Below the pieces are notes generated by a model that worked only from the letters and a program-made list of their open reading frames with translations, was not told where the DNA came from and made no database searches. 64,000 bases of DNA from the NCBI RefSeq assembly GCF_006345805.1, contig NC_042998.1, positions 162,006,001-162,070,000 on the forward strand. Direction: 5' to 3'. Source of the stretch: Octopus sinensis (lineage: Eukaryota). Numbering within the stretch: the stretch's first letter is position 1; the number at the start of each line of letters is the position of its first letter. Position numbers and translations under genes: made by a program. Shown piece after piece: positions 24,650 to 36,299 of the stretch.

Positions 24650-26088
24650 CGCTTTATTTAATTTAATTTGCCACAAGGGCAGCAAACAGAAATAAGCTTG
24701 TGAGCTGGGCATGGACAAGATGAGATGAAATGAAACAAAATGATGCGGATGAGAGGGATGTCGGCGCCCACCGACCGACAAACCCTCGAATACAAAGTTT
24801 CTTACAACAATTCTCTTTGTCAGGTCCCCCAAGCAATGTGACTTGCCGCCTGCAGCCAACTCTGCATCGACAAGTCGGGGCCTGCAAAGAGGAAAGCAAA
24901 TTCTTCCTTGTCAAAGGTCGCTGTGACCTTTGGCAAAATTTTTTCAGTTACTACCTCCGCAGCCACCTGCGGAGGCCATATCGGACTACTCGAGCGGACC
25001 GAGTACACACGTTTTCGGTCACCCAAGCCGTCCAAAAATTTACTCACCGTCCCTCCCTCGTAGTAAAGGAGGACAAATACCCCCTCTTCACAGAAAGGGA
25101 CCTCACACTGTTCCGTCAGGGGCACACTTCCCACTGACGGAGCCCTATCCGCAGGTGGCACACATCCCACCCGCGGCCCCGTCGGCGGCCCATGAACATC
25201 CGCCGACCGTCCTCTGCTCCTCTTTTTCCTCTTTATTTTTGAGACTGCGTCGACAGACGCGGGGGGTCGCTACCCTCCTCCGCCGCCTGAACATTATTTG
25301 GTGAGCAACCATTGTTGCTCACCTTTCTTTTTCTTTTCGTGGAGGCAACTTCCTCCACGACTTCAACCGTCTCTCCCTCCAATGAGGGGGCGGCGGGCAC
25401 CTTCTCTTTCTCATGCTCCAGGGCCCCACCACGGTCCCTTGGACAGTTCCTTTTGATATGACCAGACTCTAGGCACAGGTGACACTTGAGGGGGGGGCTC
25501 CCTCATGTATCACCGGGAACCTGTACCCGGCCATTTTTAGGAAATCCGGAAACATCATGTCTCCCTCGGCCACCGGGGTCCACGAGAACAAAGTTGCCTT
25601 TGACCCCTCCCAGTCGACCGCGGGAGTAATCTTCACACTCCGCTATCCCCCAGGCCTCGCCGGGTGGTCTTCTCGATCCATCCCGCCTCCGTACCCGGGG
25701 GCAGCCCGCACGCCCAGGCTCTTCTTATCTTCCTCCCACAATAAGTGGGGAAGAACAAAATTTCTTTTCCCTCAAGGGGCTCGCTGGCAAATCTGCCAGC
25801 TTCATCGGGGGTACCAAACAGCAATCACACCGTTGCAAATTTGGTCCCCCGTGAAATAAATTTTATAGTTGGCAGGTAGTCTGCCAACTCTCTCTCTATC
25901 ACGCTCTTGTCAAAGAGGGCGATGGCACCACACAACCTAGAATAGGTCCGTAGTACCACCGTCCTTCTCTCAAGGCTTTCAATCCATTGCTTAGGTGGGA
26001 TCACCTCCCATTCTAAGGCACTTTTTGCATTTGCCATGTTAAAAGTCAATTCAAAAGAAGAAGGAAAGTCCAAATGAATTAACAAGTC
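24650..26088 (-). mobile_element. ORF1-only non-LTR retroelement (HAL-like), 1439 bp
   Basis: Exact 13-bp TSD ccgaacaatttct at 24637-24649 and 26089-26101; GC-rich; AATAAA near the 3' end; no RT or endonuclease motif seen. Confidence 0.75.
24820..26037 (-). pseudogene. Gag/ORF1-like protein (~400 aa, disrupted) with CCHC zinc knuckle and possible RRM-like region
   Basis: MANAKSALEW..KFISRGTKFATV*LLFGTPDEAGRFASEPL..FFPTYCGRKIRRAWACGLPPG..; CHLCLESGHIKRNC (C-x2-C-x4-H-x4-C) at ~25442-25483 after a frameshift. Confidence 0.7.
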
Positions 26089-26194
26089 CCGAACAATTTC
26101 TTTCTTACCTCTCCAAAATCTTTCAACAGTCTGAGTATGAATACTTTGTCAGTATCAACAAAATATTCGCTGTGGTTGATCTGGTAAGGGCTAA

Positions 26195-26740
26195 GGCAAT
26201 ACTTCCGCCCGTCCCCATCAAAAACCACCCTTTTTAAAAACTTTTTTCTTTTTTTGACACAAACCCCACTTTTCGGCTACGGGGAATACGAATCTGCAAA
26301 ATAATTAGCAAAAATCGACATTTTTAAATTACTACCCCCCATCCCCATTTCCTTCATTTAAAACTTTTTTCATAATTTTTTTCTAAAAATATGCAGAAAA
26401 ATACGGAGATTATGATTCTGAAAAAAATTTCCAAAAATCTTTGTAAAATTTTTTTTTAAGAATTTTTTCCTAAATATGCGGGAAGTGCGTACATCAGGAT
26501 TCGGACAAAAATTTCAAAACATTTCTGTACTTATGGTTACGGTTTTAGGGTTAAGATTAGGGTTTTAGGGTTACGGAAAAAAAGTCAAAATTGGTGGGGA
26601 AAGGGGGTTATTTTTCACAATGCCGATTTTTGGCAATTTTCCGGAACCTCCGTATCCGAAAACGAGGATTTTTGGCAAAAAAGTTTTTAAATAAACAAAT
26701 TTGGGGGGAAATGGGGGTTGGGACGGGCGGAAGTCTTTCC
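26195..26740. mobile_element. Merlin-type MITE (546 bp) with TTAGGG-like internal repeats
   Basis: TIRs GGcaatacttccgcccgtccc / GGaaagacttccgcccgtccc; 8-bp TSD agggctaa/atggctaa (7/8); ggttttagggttaagattagggttttagggtt at ~26540-26575. Confidence 0.8.
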
Positions 26741-28229
26741 ATGGCTAAACCCATATTCTGCCATTATCACGTATGCCTGTCAAAAGTCACGAAAAATCAC
26801 TGACCCCGGCTGAACATGACGAATAAGAAGAATAAGAGTTGCGGCATCTCTTGACTCACCCTCACCACAATCGGAAGGTAAAGGCACCATGAATTTTTTT
26901 TTTTTTTCGAAATTCTTTCAATTCCACCGCAAACTATACCGTTTTTACTCGTCGCCCCCAGTTGTATTTGTGGTGATCGATACCTGTTTATCAATTTCGA
27001 CTTCAACGCCTGGATCTCCAATTCTGTCTGGTACCTTGTTCCAGCCAATATTGACAAACTTCACATCAAAACGACCGCCAGTCAACAGATGTATGTAAAC
27101 TTATATCAAGGTTTTGAACCATAATCCTGTGATTCCATGTCCAATCAAGAAAATGATTCACGAACAAGAGTACTCTCCAAAAAATGGTATTCTGGCGGTC
27201 GGAAACAGAGAAACTACATACTCCTCTTGGACGATGAGTACGAAACACAATCTTTCGACATCGCCACGTGTTAATATCGGCACGCAAAGAATACGGCGAG
27301 TGACAACATAGATATTCTACAGAATTTGGTAGAACTCCGCGTTCACGAAAATTGTATGGATCCATTGTCATTCATTCGGAAACGTTGAATGGCCTCGTAT
27401 AGGCAAACTAAGCAATAATTACAGCTTCCCATAACCTGAAACGACAGCAACCATAAACGAAGGCTCAATCCTACTTCAAACTGCTATCTTTAACGTAAAC
27501 TGAATCAACTTGAAACGGCAATCCTGAACGAAGTAATTTCATTGGTCATTAAGCGATAAGAAACTAAAAATACCGCTTAATAACCAATGAAATTGCTCAA
27601 CAGGATTCACCGTTCTAATATCATCAAACCTATTTCACTAATTCCAAACATGGATGCCAGCAAACTACATGAGAAACCATCTAAACAGCAAATTGTACTC
27701 GGAACCCTCCTAAAAAGCGAATATCTCTGAAACGGTTAATTTACCCTGTTTTTTAGTTTCTTATTTTAGTATTACATTTCGTGGTAAAATTGACACTCTG
27801 TGATAAAAAGAATTGATTCTTATTTAACAAAAGAACTTGACATTATACAAAATTTCCGTGGGCATTTCTGAACTCAGTACCATCAAATTAGGCAGGACTA
27901 ATTGTAAAAAGCAAGACAATTTTATTTTTCTGAAAATGTTTCCCAGTTAAATTGAACTGAAGGTATTATATTCGACCACGGAAGAAACAACATAAGATCA
28001 TAATTAAGTTGAAATGTTTGAGATTTTAAATTTTTTCTCCTTGTACATGTGAAGGCAATAGACACAATATTATTTCTGCATGTTTAACTTCAATATTCTT
28101 GTATTTAAGGAATATTTATAAGTAATAGCTCCGGGTATAAGTTAAATCTAAAACGATTGATTCATTTTGCCGTAGATTATCTACACGCAAAGAAAAGAGG
28201 TTTGCAATATCTGACATTCCAACTTAATA

Positions 28230-28560
28230 TCAACACTTCGTGTTTGTCATCCGGTTGAAGAAGGTCCTGCTTGCGTTTTTATCTTACAATCAATTAGCAG
28301 ACAAACGGTCTTGTCGCGTGTACATAGTACATATTTGTTTTGATAGTATTTCCTATGAATAATTCGTAACACACACACATTTAAAGTAAATTAGTTTCTC
28401 CATCCCACGCTTGATAGCGCTTTGGGTGACAGTTATCCTACAAAGTTTTATCTTTCGTTTATTCAGCATCTTTTGACAAACCTAAGGTTCTTCTGAAAGA
28501 TTCGCCGCCACGTGGTGTATGGTAATCTTTGTCTTGTCCACCCCCACCACCTCGCTGATA
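28230..28560. promoter_or_regulatory. CpG-rich non-repetitive patch, possible promoter
   Basis: Local CpG excess; cgccgccacgtgg (E-box CACGTG) at ~28503-28515. Confidence 0.25.
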
Positions 28561-28650
28561 TCAATCTCAATGTAGTTTTTTTAAAAGAAAAATCTAGTTA
28601 GAGTACCATTTCCTTGAATTATCTTGGCACTAATTGGTCCGGGTGGTGCT

Positions 28651-28930
28651 CCGTTTCTGCCCGTTTCCGTAGTCAGAGACAAATTGATTAGACCCCCACG
28701 TCTGTTCATTATTCCAACCAGAGACAAATTTGTTGGTGCATCATGTTTGTTCATTATCTCAATCAGAAACAACTGCTTAATTGCTGTCCCACGTCTGTAT
28801 ATTATTCCAAAGAGAAACCCCAAGTTCATCTGGTGAACCCCGTCTGTCCTCTATGCCAACCATAGACACCCGTTAGTCAGCGGACCACGTCTATCCATTA
28901 TCCCAACCAGAGACACTAGTTGGTCTGGAT
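28651..28930. repeat. Six-unit degenerate array: 31-nt core plus 14-18-nt variable linker
   Basis: Cores start at 28651, 28696, 28741, 28789, 28838 and 28885 (consensus ccacgtctgttcattattccaaccagagaca). Confidence 0.85.
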
Positions 28931-30819
28931 AATTTTCTATGCTTGTCCCTTATCCAGCCATTTATCACCTCTCTAGTTTAGATCAATACCACACATGGCC
29001 TGTGTTAAGAGATTTCTATCATTTACAACAACCTACTATTCCTGCTACTGCTGTCTATCACTCCTGTTGCTACTGCTGCTCTTCAGTATTTTTTTAATCT
29101 TCCTCTTCCCTTGTCTATTGTCGTTTACATTGCCATTTCTCTCCCCCTCCCTCCACACATTACCCAGATTCTATTTTGCCCTGTTTCCTTTATTGACTTC
29201 ATTCCCCACCACCTTTGAGTCGTTCTCTTTCTCCCTCTTTTTCACACATGCATACTTTCTCTCATGCACATACACACGTGCGCGCACACACACATACACA
29301 CACACTTTTTTCTTTTTGTTGTTTCCGAGTTTGTTGAATGGGAGGTGTGGGAGAAATGGCAGGACAGGACAAGGCTAGAATGATGTGGGATGGAGACGAG
29401 GAAAGAGGGAGAGAGTTATATGAGAGAGAGAAAGAGGAGGGGTAGAGAGAGAAAAATGAGTGAGAGAAACCTTAGTCATTCCTAAAATGTTGAACTATGA
29501 ATAACTGTCTTAATGTCACTCCTTCCCTGCCCCAGTACGCATACGTGTGTTCTCTCCCTCTCACTCACACGCACGCACACAGTCACACACACACACAATC
29601 ACTCATACATGCACTACATCTTTTTCATTCACCGCTACCACCTTCATTATTTCCAATGCACATTTTACCACTGTTGCCCACCGCCTGCCCACTTACTATC
29701 ACCACAACCACTACTAGAATCACCATTGTTGCACCATGACCATCATAGCCATCAACACCACTGCTCCTCCACGCAATTGATGTAACCTTACCATTCCACC
29801 TCCCCTCCCATCATCTTTCCTTCTCCTCGTGAACCAGTATTACTACTGCCTAAACCCACCAGCCAACCATAACTCCTGCCGTCACCACCACACCTCTCTC
29901 ACTACATCATAGCTAGCACCACTCACATCACCACCACCACCATTGCAGAACCATACTGCAACTCTTTCTCTGTCAGTGCTTTATCTGGGAGCTTGTTTAA
30001 GAAAGAAAACATTGACATTCACATTAGAATAGTGAAATAGTCAATAGCAGAAGTGACTTGCTTAGTAAACTTGGTAAAAATCATTGATTTGGACAGTCAG
30101 AGTCGGGCTGGGTAGTTTCTCTTTTAGACACAACTTCTTTAAACCGAGCCAACGTGGAGTTTCTACGTAGTATCTAGAACTGTTAGAAATAGCAACCAAA
30201 TCAGCTTGAAATCACATTGATTAGTGGTCCACGTGTTGTATATTATCAAGTTCGTCTGGTGGAGCTAATATATTAACCAAATATATTAAAATCTTTTAAC
30301 TCATTTTGATTTCAGTCTGTCCTAAACTACCTTGACTTCCTGGATACAAAACATCCCAATATAAAGAGTTCATATTTGAATAGATTAAAGTTTTCCAAGC
30401 AAAGATTTGTTTCAAAATAAAGCTATGAACAACGCATTTCATTAGACACTAGGATTATTAAACTCAAGATAATCTTGAAAATATGAAATAGTCATGTATA
30501 GAATGTCTTTGTCGATAGTTTTCTTTTTGTATCAAAGTTGATTTGAAACCGAAAACAAATAAGACATTTAAAAAAACTTGGTTTTTGACCACAGATTTTT
30601 TTTACGCAGTTGAAATGAATTTTTCTTTACTACCAAACTTAATTTTTTACCCACTGTATTTGTTTACATTTTTCCTGCCATTATTGTTGCTATTCTTTAG
30701 CCCCAGACCAATAGAGATCGAGCAGACCTATGACCACAGCTATGATTATTCGATCTTTTTGACTATTCTATCTTTATTGCTTCTCAACCTCCAGTGGGGG
30801 AGGGGTGTTGTTGAGCGGA

Positions 30820-31161
30820 AATAAAAGAAAATACCAACGAAGTTTGTGTGTTGCAAAAGGAGATGAATAACGGTGACCGGCTGTACTAAATTCGATGGCA
30901 GGAAGTGTCGGTTCGCTTTAGGGTCATGGTTATCGCGGTCGAACGATAATCAACAGATTCGTATTTCATTTCTCATAGACGATCTTGTTCATTTTTTTCA
31001 TCTGACCCTGAGAATGTACTTAAACCGTTCGCGTTACATTCTGGGATAGTTTCAGTCAGCATTGAAGTACCCTGCAACAGAGCAACCTCTTGGAGGTTAA
31101 AAGGCTGTCGAAGACACCAATGAAATTTGTGTCATTCAAATATAGGTAAACAACGGTAAGT
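30820..31161 (+). promoter_or_regulatory. Candidate housekeeping-type promoter and non-coding first exon
   Basis: CpG-rich and not part of a repeat; ETS-like cggaaat and caggaagtg (30899-30907); consensus donor CG|gtaagt at 31156. Confidence 0.4.
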
Positions 31162-31649
31162 GGTGCAACTGAATGTTTACTTGTGCTGTGTTGGTGAGGG
31201 GTGTCGGATCATTTTAGTATTTTGGTAATCGCAGTCAAATGATATTCGATAGGCTACTGGTTCATGTCCAATCGGCGATCTTGTCCAGTTTCCCGAACAG
31301 TGGGTATGAATGTACTTAAATCTTAACTACTTATATCACCACTCCCCTACACGTGTATGTGTGTGTATGGCTTAATTATTCTCTGTTGGCCTTCATTGTA
31401 AATATCACTTCCCTCTATTTGCCCCCAAAAGACCCGATCATGTCGTATGGTGCAAGGAAAAGGTGGTAAAGATGACAGAGCTGACAGTTCCCGGGGGAAG
31501 TGAACATCGAGAACGCTTTCTTCGGGAAAAAGAGAAAGCATAGTAAGTTGGTTCAGCTCTCTGAAACAATTGGTAAGAACAAGCATTATAGATAGCAGAA
31601 ACATCTGGCTCAGAGTTGCAGCATCTGATTCAACAAAGTTAGTGTGTTT

Positions 31650-34145
31650 AGTGGCATTTCGTCAGTCTTCTTGATCTGAGTTCAAATTCCACCGAAGTCG
31701 TCTTTGTCTTTCATCCTTTAGGGGTCGATAAAATAAGAACCTTTTGAGCACTGGAGTCAATCTAATTGATTGACCCCCTCGCCCAAAATTTCAGAGATAG
31801 TATCTGTAATAAAAAGGATTATCATTAAGGGGCGAGCTGGCAAAATCATTATCGTGCTAGACAAAATGCTTTGTGGTATTTTTCAGGTTTTACGTTCTGA
31901 GTTCAAATGCTTCAGGGGTTGATTTTGAATTCCTTCCTTTCAGGGTCTAGAGTTGACGTTATCAACTAGTCTCGGCCAATCGAAACTGCTGTGCCAAAAC
32001 TGGAAAGAATTATTGATATTATTGATTTTAATAAACTTAACTCTCGTGGGGTGAAGATATTTTTTTGATTCTCACTTACAGTACTTTTACTCAAGTATTA
32101 CGAAATGAATTTTGTCTCATAATACTTGTATAACTGACAAAGAAAAGGCTGTCCTTGATACCTAAGGGTAGACAGCAGGAAAGACGTTTATTTTACAGAC
32201 TTTTAAAATTTTATTTGCGCATATTTCATTTCTACATCCAAAATGGGGATCATGTGTAATAATAAAACTCTACGGGAGACGAAATTTAAACTCATCTACA
32301 TAGAAGAAGAAACTGAACAGTATAATTATTGCTTTCAAGATATTGCATAAGACCAGCAATTTAGGATAAGGGATAGGTCAATTGGATCGACCCCAATGTT
32401 CAACTGGTGCTTATTTTGTCGACCCTGAAAGGATGAGCACCGGGGTCAATCTAATCGACCTACCCCTGCAAGAAATATAGGTTTCAAATTTTGACAAAAT
32501 GCCAACAATTTCGAAGGAGAAGTAAGCCGATTACATCTGCCCCAGTACTCAACTAGTACATATTTTATTGATCCGGAAAGAATGAAAGGCAAAGTTGACC
32601 TCGGTGGAATTTGCACTCAGAACATAAAGAGTGACGAAATACCACTAAGCAATTTGCGTGGCATACTAACGATTCTACAATTTCGCTGCCTTATTGAACA
32701 GTATAATTATTAATAGGAGAAAATGACTCAATTACTACCATTCAAATACTGTGGTCCATTCATATAGCGGTAGTGTGAAGACAAACCTTCATTCAATCCA
32801 TAATGAATATATGAACGTTTTGAACTTATTACAGTTACTGGGAAAAAATGTAGATGAGTTAATTTTCTTTGCTGCAGGATACTATGAAAGAAAAGGTGAA
32901 GTGAAAAATGATGTCTCTCTGCTTACAAAAAGCCAAAAGAGGATTAGATTTTTTCCAGCATCAAGTGACAACAAGCTTTTGGAAGAAATGATATCAACTG
33001 CAAAAATGAAAAGTTATGGTTCTCTCTCTGCTGTGCCTTAAAAAACTGGAAACACCATCAAAATACTGGCTGAAATTGTCAGACCTCTAACTGACTATAT
33101 GTTTGCCCAAAAGCATAGGTCAAAGAAATATGAGTCATAATAAAAAGACATTGGACATGACATAGACCCATGACTAGTAGTGACTTTTACATCAGTATGG
33201 AAGAGCAGTCTCCCGTGGTTAGAGGATTTCAAAATGATTTTGCATGTACTGGTGACTTGTGAAGGTCACAAGGTCACAGATACTGTGATTCTAAATCGAT
33301 AAAAATGCGGGTTTATTTACAATGTTTTCAACATTAGAAATAACCTCTTTAAGGCTAGATAAGGTGATGAAGAAAACACAGAAGTTAAATAGAATTAGTT
33401 TTTGGTAGAACAAGCAAGATTGCCAACTTCAAAATTTTTCTGCTTGATTACTCTTCAGTCATTATCAGTGGATGCCTAAGTTTTGTTTTTGTTTATACAG
33501 TTACCTTTTACCTACTATTTCTTTTTAATCGTATATAACCTTACAGTTGATATTTTTTATGTTAAAGCATCATAAATAAACAACCTCTCCTTGATAATAT
33601 TATTCAAATAGGCTGGCAAGCTGGCAGAATTATTATTATGCTAGACAAAACGTTAGCGTCTCATCTGTCTCAACATTCTGAGTTCATATTCTACTGAGGT
33701 TGACTTTACCTTTCATCCTTTTGAGGCTGATAAAATGAGAACCAGTCAAGTACTGAGGTTGATGTAATGGACCTATCCCCAACCCTCAAAACTGCTAGCC
33801 TTGTGCCAAAATAAGAAGGAATTATTAATCGAATATGTGGTCAGTGCCCTCTTTATAATTGAATTGTAAATTTATTTCATGACCTGGCATCATTAAATAT
33901 TTTTTTTATATATATTTCTATATAAAGAACTAGACACTGTAATATCAATTTCAAATTTTGGCATGAGGCCAGCAATTCCAGGGGAGGGGCAAAGTTGATT
34001 ACATTGATCCCATTATGCAACTGGTATTTATTTTATCAAACCAGAAAGGATAAAAGGCAGAGTTTGAGCTCAAAACTTAAAGACGGATGAAATTCCACTA
34101 AGCATTTGTCTGGTGTACTAATGGTTCTGCCAGTTCACCACCTTA
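31650..34145. mobile_element. Cluster of ~6 SINE family B copies in both orientations
   Basis: Plus copies ~31650-31800, 31830-32010, 33610-33815; minus copies ~32350-32450, 32490-32690, 33950-34145. Confidence 0.75.
32878..33041 (+). CDS. Candidate exon; product not recognised
   Basis: Acceptor aattttctttgctgcag; open frame YYERKGEVKNDVSLLTKSQKRIRFFPASSDNKLLEEMISTAKMK within ORF 32751-33041. Confidence 0.2.
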
Positions 34146-36299
34146 GCTAGTCAGAGTAATATCATCAAAGAAAAGAGAATGCTATACTTCCGCTAATGAA
34201 GGTTAATATATCAGAAACATTCAGAGCTTTTCTCGTTTGATCAGAATATAATGTTAACTCACTCCAAATATTTTTCCCTTGATTATTTCTAATTTTGAAA
34301 ATATTGTAAATGTTCAAAAAAAAGCTACACTTTTTGTGATAAAGATACACAACACAGATAAATACTACCAAAGCAGTTAAGTTTTCTGAAAGGGTGATCA
34401 TAATTGTTTAAGATTATTGCTGTTGACTTAAGAAAGTTTCTCCATTAGATAAGTGATGTAGAGGGGCATTTTAATGTATGCTATTTTTATATTTACTAGC
34501 AAACACTCAAAGCCAAACATAAAGGCAAATGTAATTTAGCTGCTTTGACAAAAAACAGTAGTTTGTATTTTAAGAGCAACAAATAAATTATTTTCACAAT
34601 TGTATACACACATTTACTGACTCTTGAAGTTGGTCACATAAACATGTCCTTATTCAAATGTAATCTCACAGACACATATATACATGTATAACAACACTTA
34701 GGAATATTAATGCATGCATACATACTAATATTCACATGGAGACATGTTCTCATGAATATACAATTACATACACATATATTCATGCACATACTCACATATT
34801 TATATCTATGTATAAGTGCTCAGTAATATGCAAAATTCTCAAATGAAAGTAATGATTGCTTTACTCTTTGACATAAATTTATGAAATACATATGGGATTT
34901 TTCTTCAAGAATTCAACCACTTAACCTATAGATAAATGTACGAATGTTTGCTCTTTTCATTGGAAGTTTCTACAATAGCCTGCCATGTACTTCCATTTCT
35001 TGTTCACTTCTTGATTTGTTTTGAATGTATGTATTTTCTGTATTTTATAATTATCTTTTAACTTTTTCATGATTTTAGATATTCTTTGATAATTGTCATA
35101 TATAAAAGAATTCCAAAAGACTGGCTTACTATATATATATATATACATACACACACACATATATACATACATGCACATGCACTCCTTCATTTGTACATAT
35201 AGGATAGAATAAGTGTTCCTTAGTTTAAGAACATAAGATTCCACTACAAAAATAAATACAGCTGTAGTCTTCTAAATAATGGATCGTATAAACTACATTA
35301 TTGACAATTTTTGGTAATGCTTATAAGTTTAGTTAATCTCTGTTATCCTGTTATCTGCTTTTTCATTTGTTAGACACTAATATATTCATAGTAAAATCAG
35401 TTCTTAGTAGCAAAATTTTAAACTGGTTGTAGAATGAATACTAGGACAAGTTTCAGAAGTTATTATCTCAATGTGTTTTTTACTTTTCATTTCACAAAAT
35501 TTCCAAATGTGTAAGACATTAATTGCAACGGAAGTTATGTCATCCTTTGTTTTTATTGTATTTTTTAATAGCTTAATCAGGAAGAAAGGAAGGGCTGTAC
35601 TTATAACTTTTTGCAGGGCCTGAGGGATTATTGGGAAGGATAGAAAATTGTATTCTCAAAATTGTGGACCTGATTTTTGGCTGCTTTCAAAAGAGTGAAC
35701 TCTACTAAAGGCAGTTAAAAACAAAGTGACAGATATTAAATCAGGCAAAACATTGGCTACCATTCAAGTATGCCATGGAAGGATTTGAAGTGCAACAGTC
35801 TGGAATATTATTGCAGGGTTCTGGTTTACGTCTAATTGTTGCGCCATGCCACTTCTCAAGACTAGCATTTCATTTTATTGATCTGGAAAGAATGAAAGCC
35901 AAAGCTGTCCTTGGTGGGATTTTAACTCAGAGTGTAACCCCAATGCATATCATCAGTTGTTCTTACAACTCAGTGGATTCACTACCCGTGGTGTTGCTAT
36001 TCAGAGTAGTCATGATGGTAGGAGGCAATAATATGGTATTATTAATGGGATATTATTGATGGTGTCAAGGTGATCATGATGCTCTCATGGTTGTAGGTTC
36101 AGTCTCACTGTGTAGCACCTTACAATACCTTGTGAAAAAATTTTGTAGTTGGAAACTGTATGGAAGCCTATCATTCTGTGTGTTTGTGTTTGTCCCCAAA
36201 CCACCACTTGACAACTAGTGTTGGTTTGTTTACATCCCTGTAACTCAGTAGTTCAGCAAAAGAAACTGATAGAATAAGTCATCATCACCATCAGATCAA

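Larger units (their letters stand above)
24484..27371 (-). pseudogene. Merlin transposase, split by two insertions
   Basis: TSVDWRSF*CEVC; IGDPGVEVEID; KYNWGRRV; GGIER; RDAATL..HVQPGSVIFRDF; GFSH|YQINHSEYFVD; HTQTVERFW..R|IPG..PNHAERLHRFL. The frame is restored when both inserts are removed. Confidence 0.85.
24270..27756 (-). mobile_element. Merlin (IS1595/ISXO2-like) DNA transposon carrying nested insertions
   Basis: Imperfect ~45-bp inverted ends (agggcaaattaactgcttttcagagatattcgcattttt vs revcomp of 27709-27756); transposase remnant inside; outer TSD not found. Confidence 0.75.

Noticed and set aside
24730-25859. Plus-strand 124-135 aa ORFs
   Set aside because: Antisense shadows of the GC-rich ORF1-like sequence.
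26940-27360. Plus-strand frame resembling a LINE APE endonuclease (..DFNAWI..)
   Set aside because: The minus strand gives a much better, continuous Merlin transposase match over the same bases.
28651-28930. True CRISPR array
   Set aside because: Eukaryotic context, no cas genes, degenerate repeats, and 14-18-nt linkers that resemble each other.
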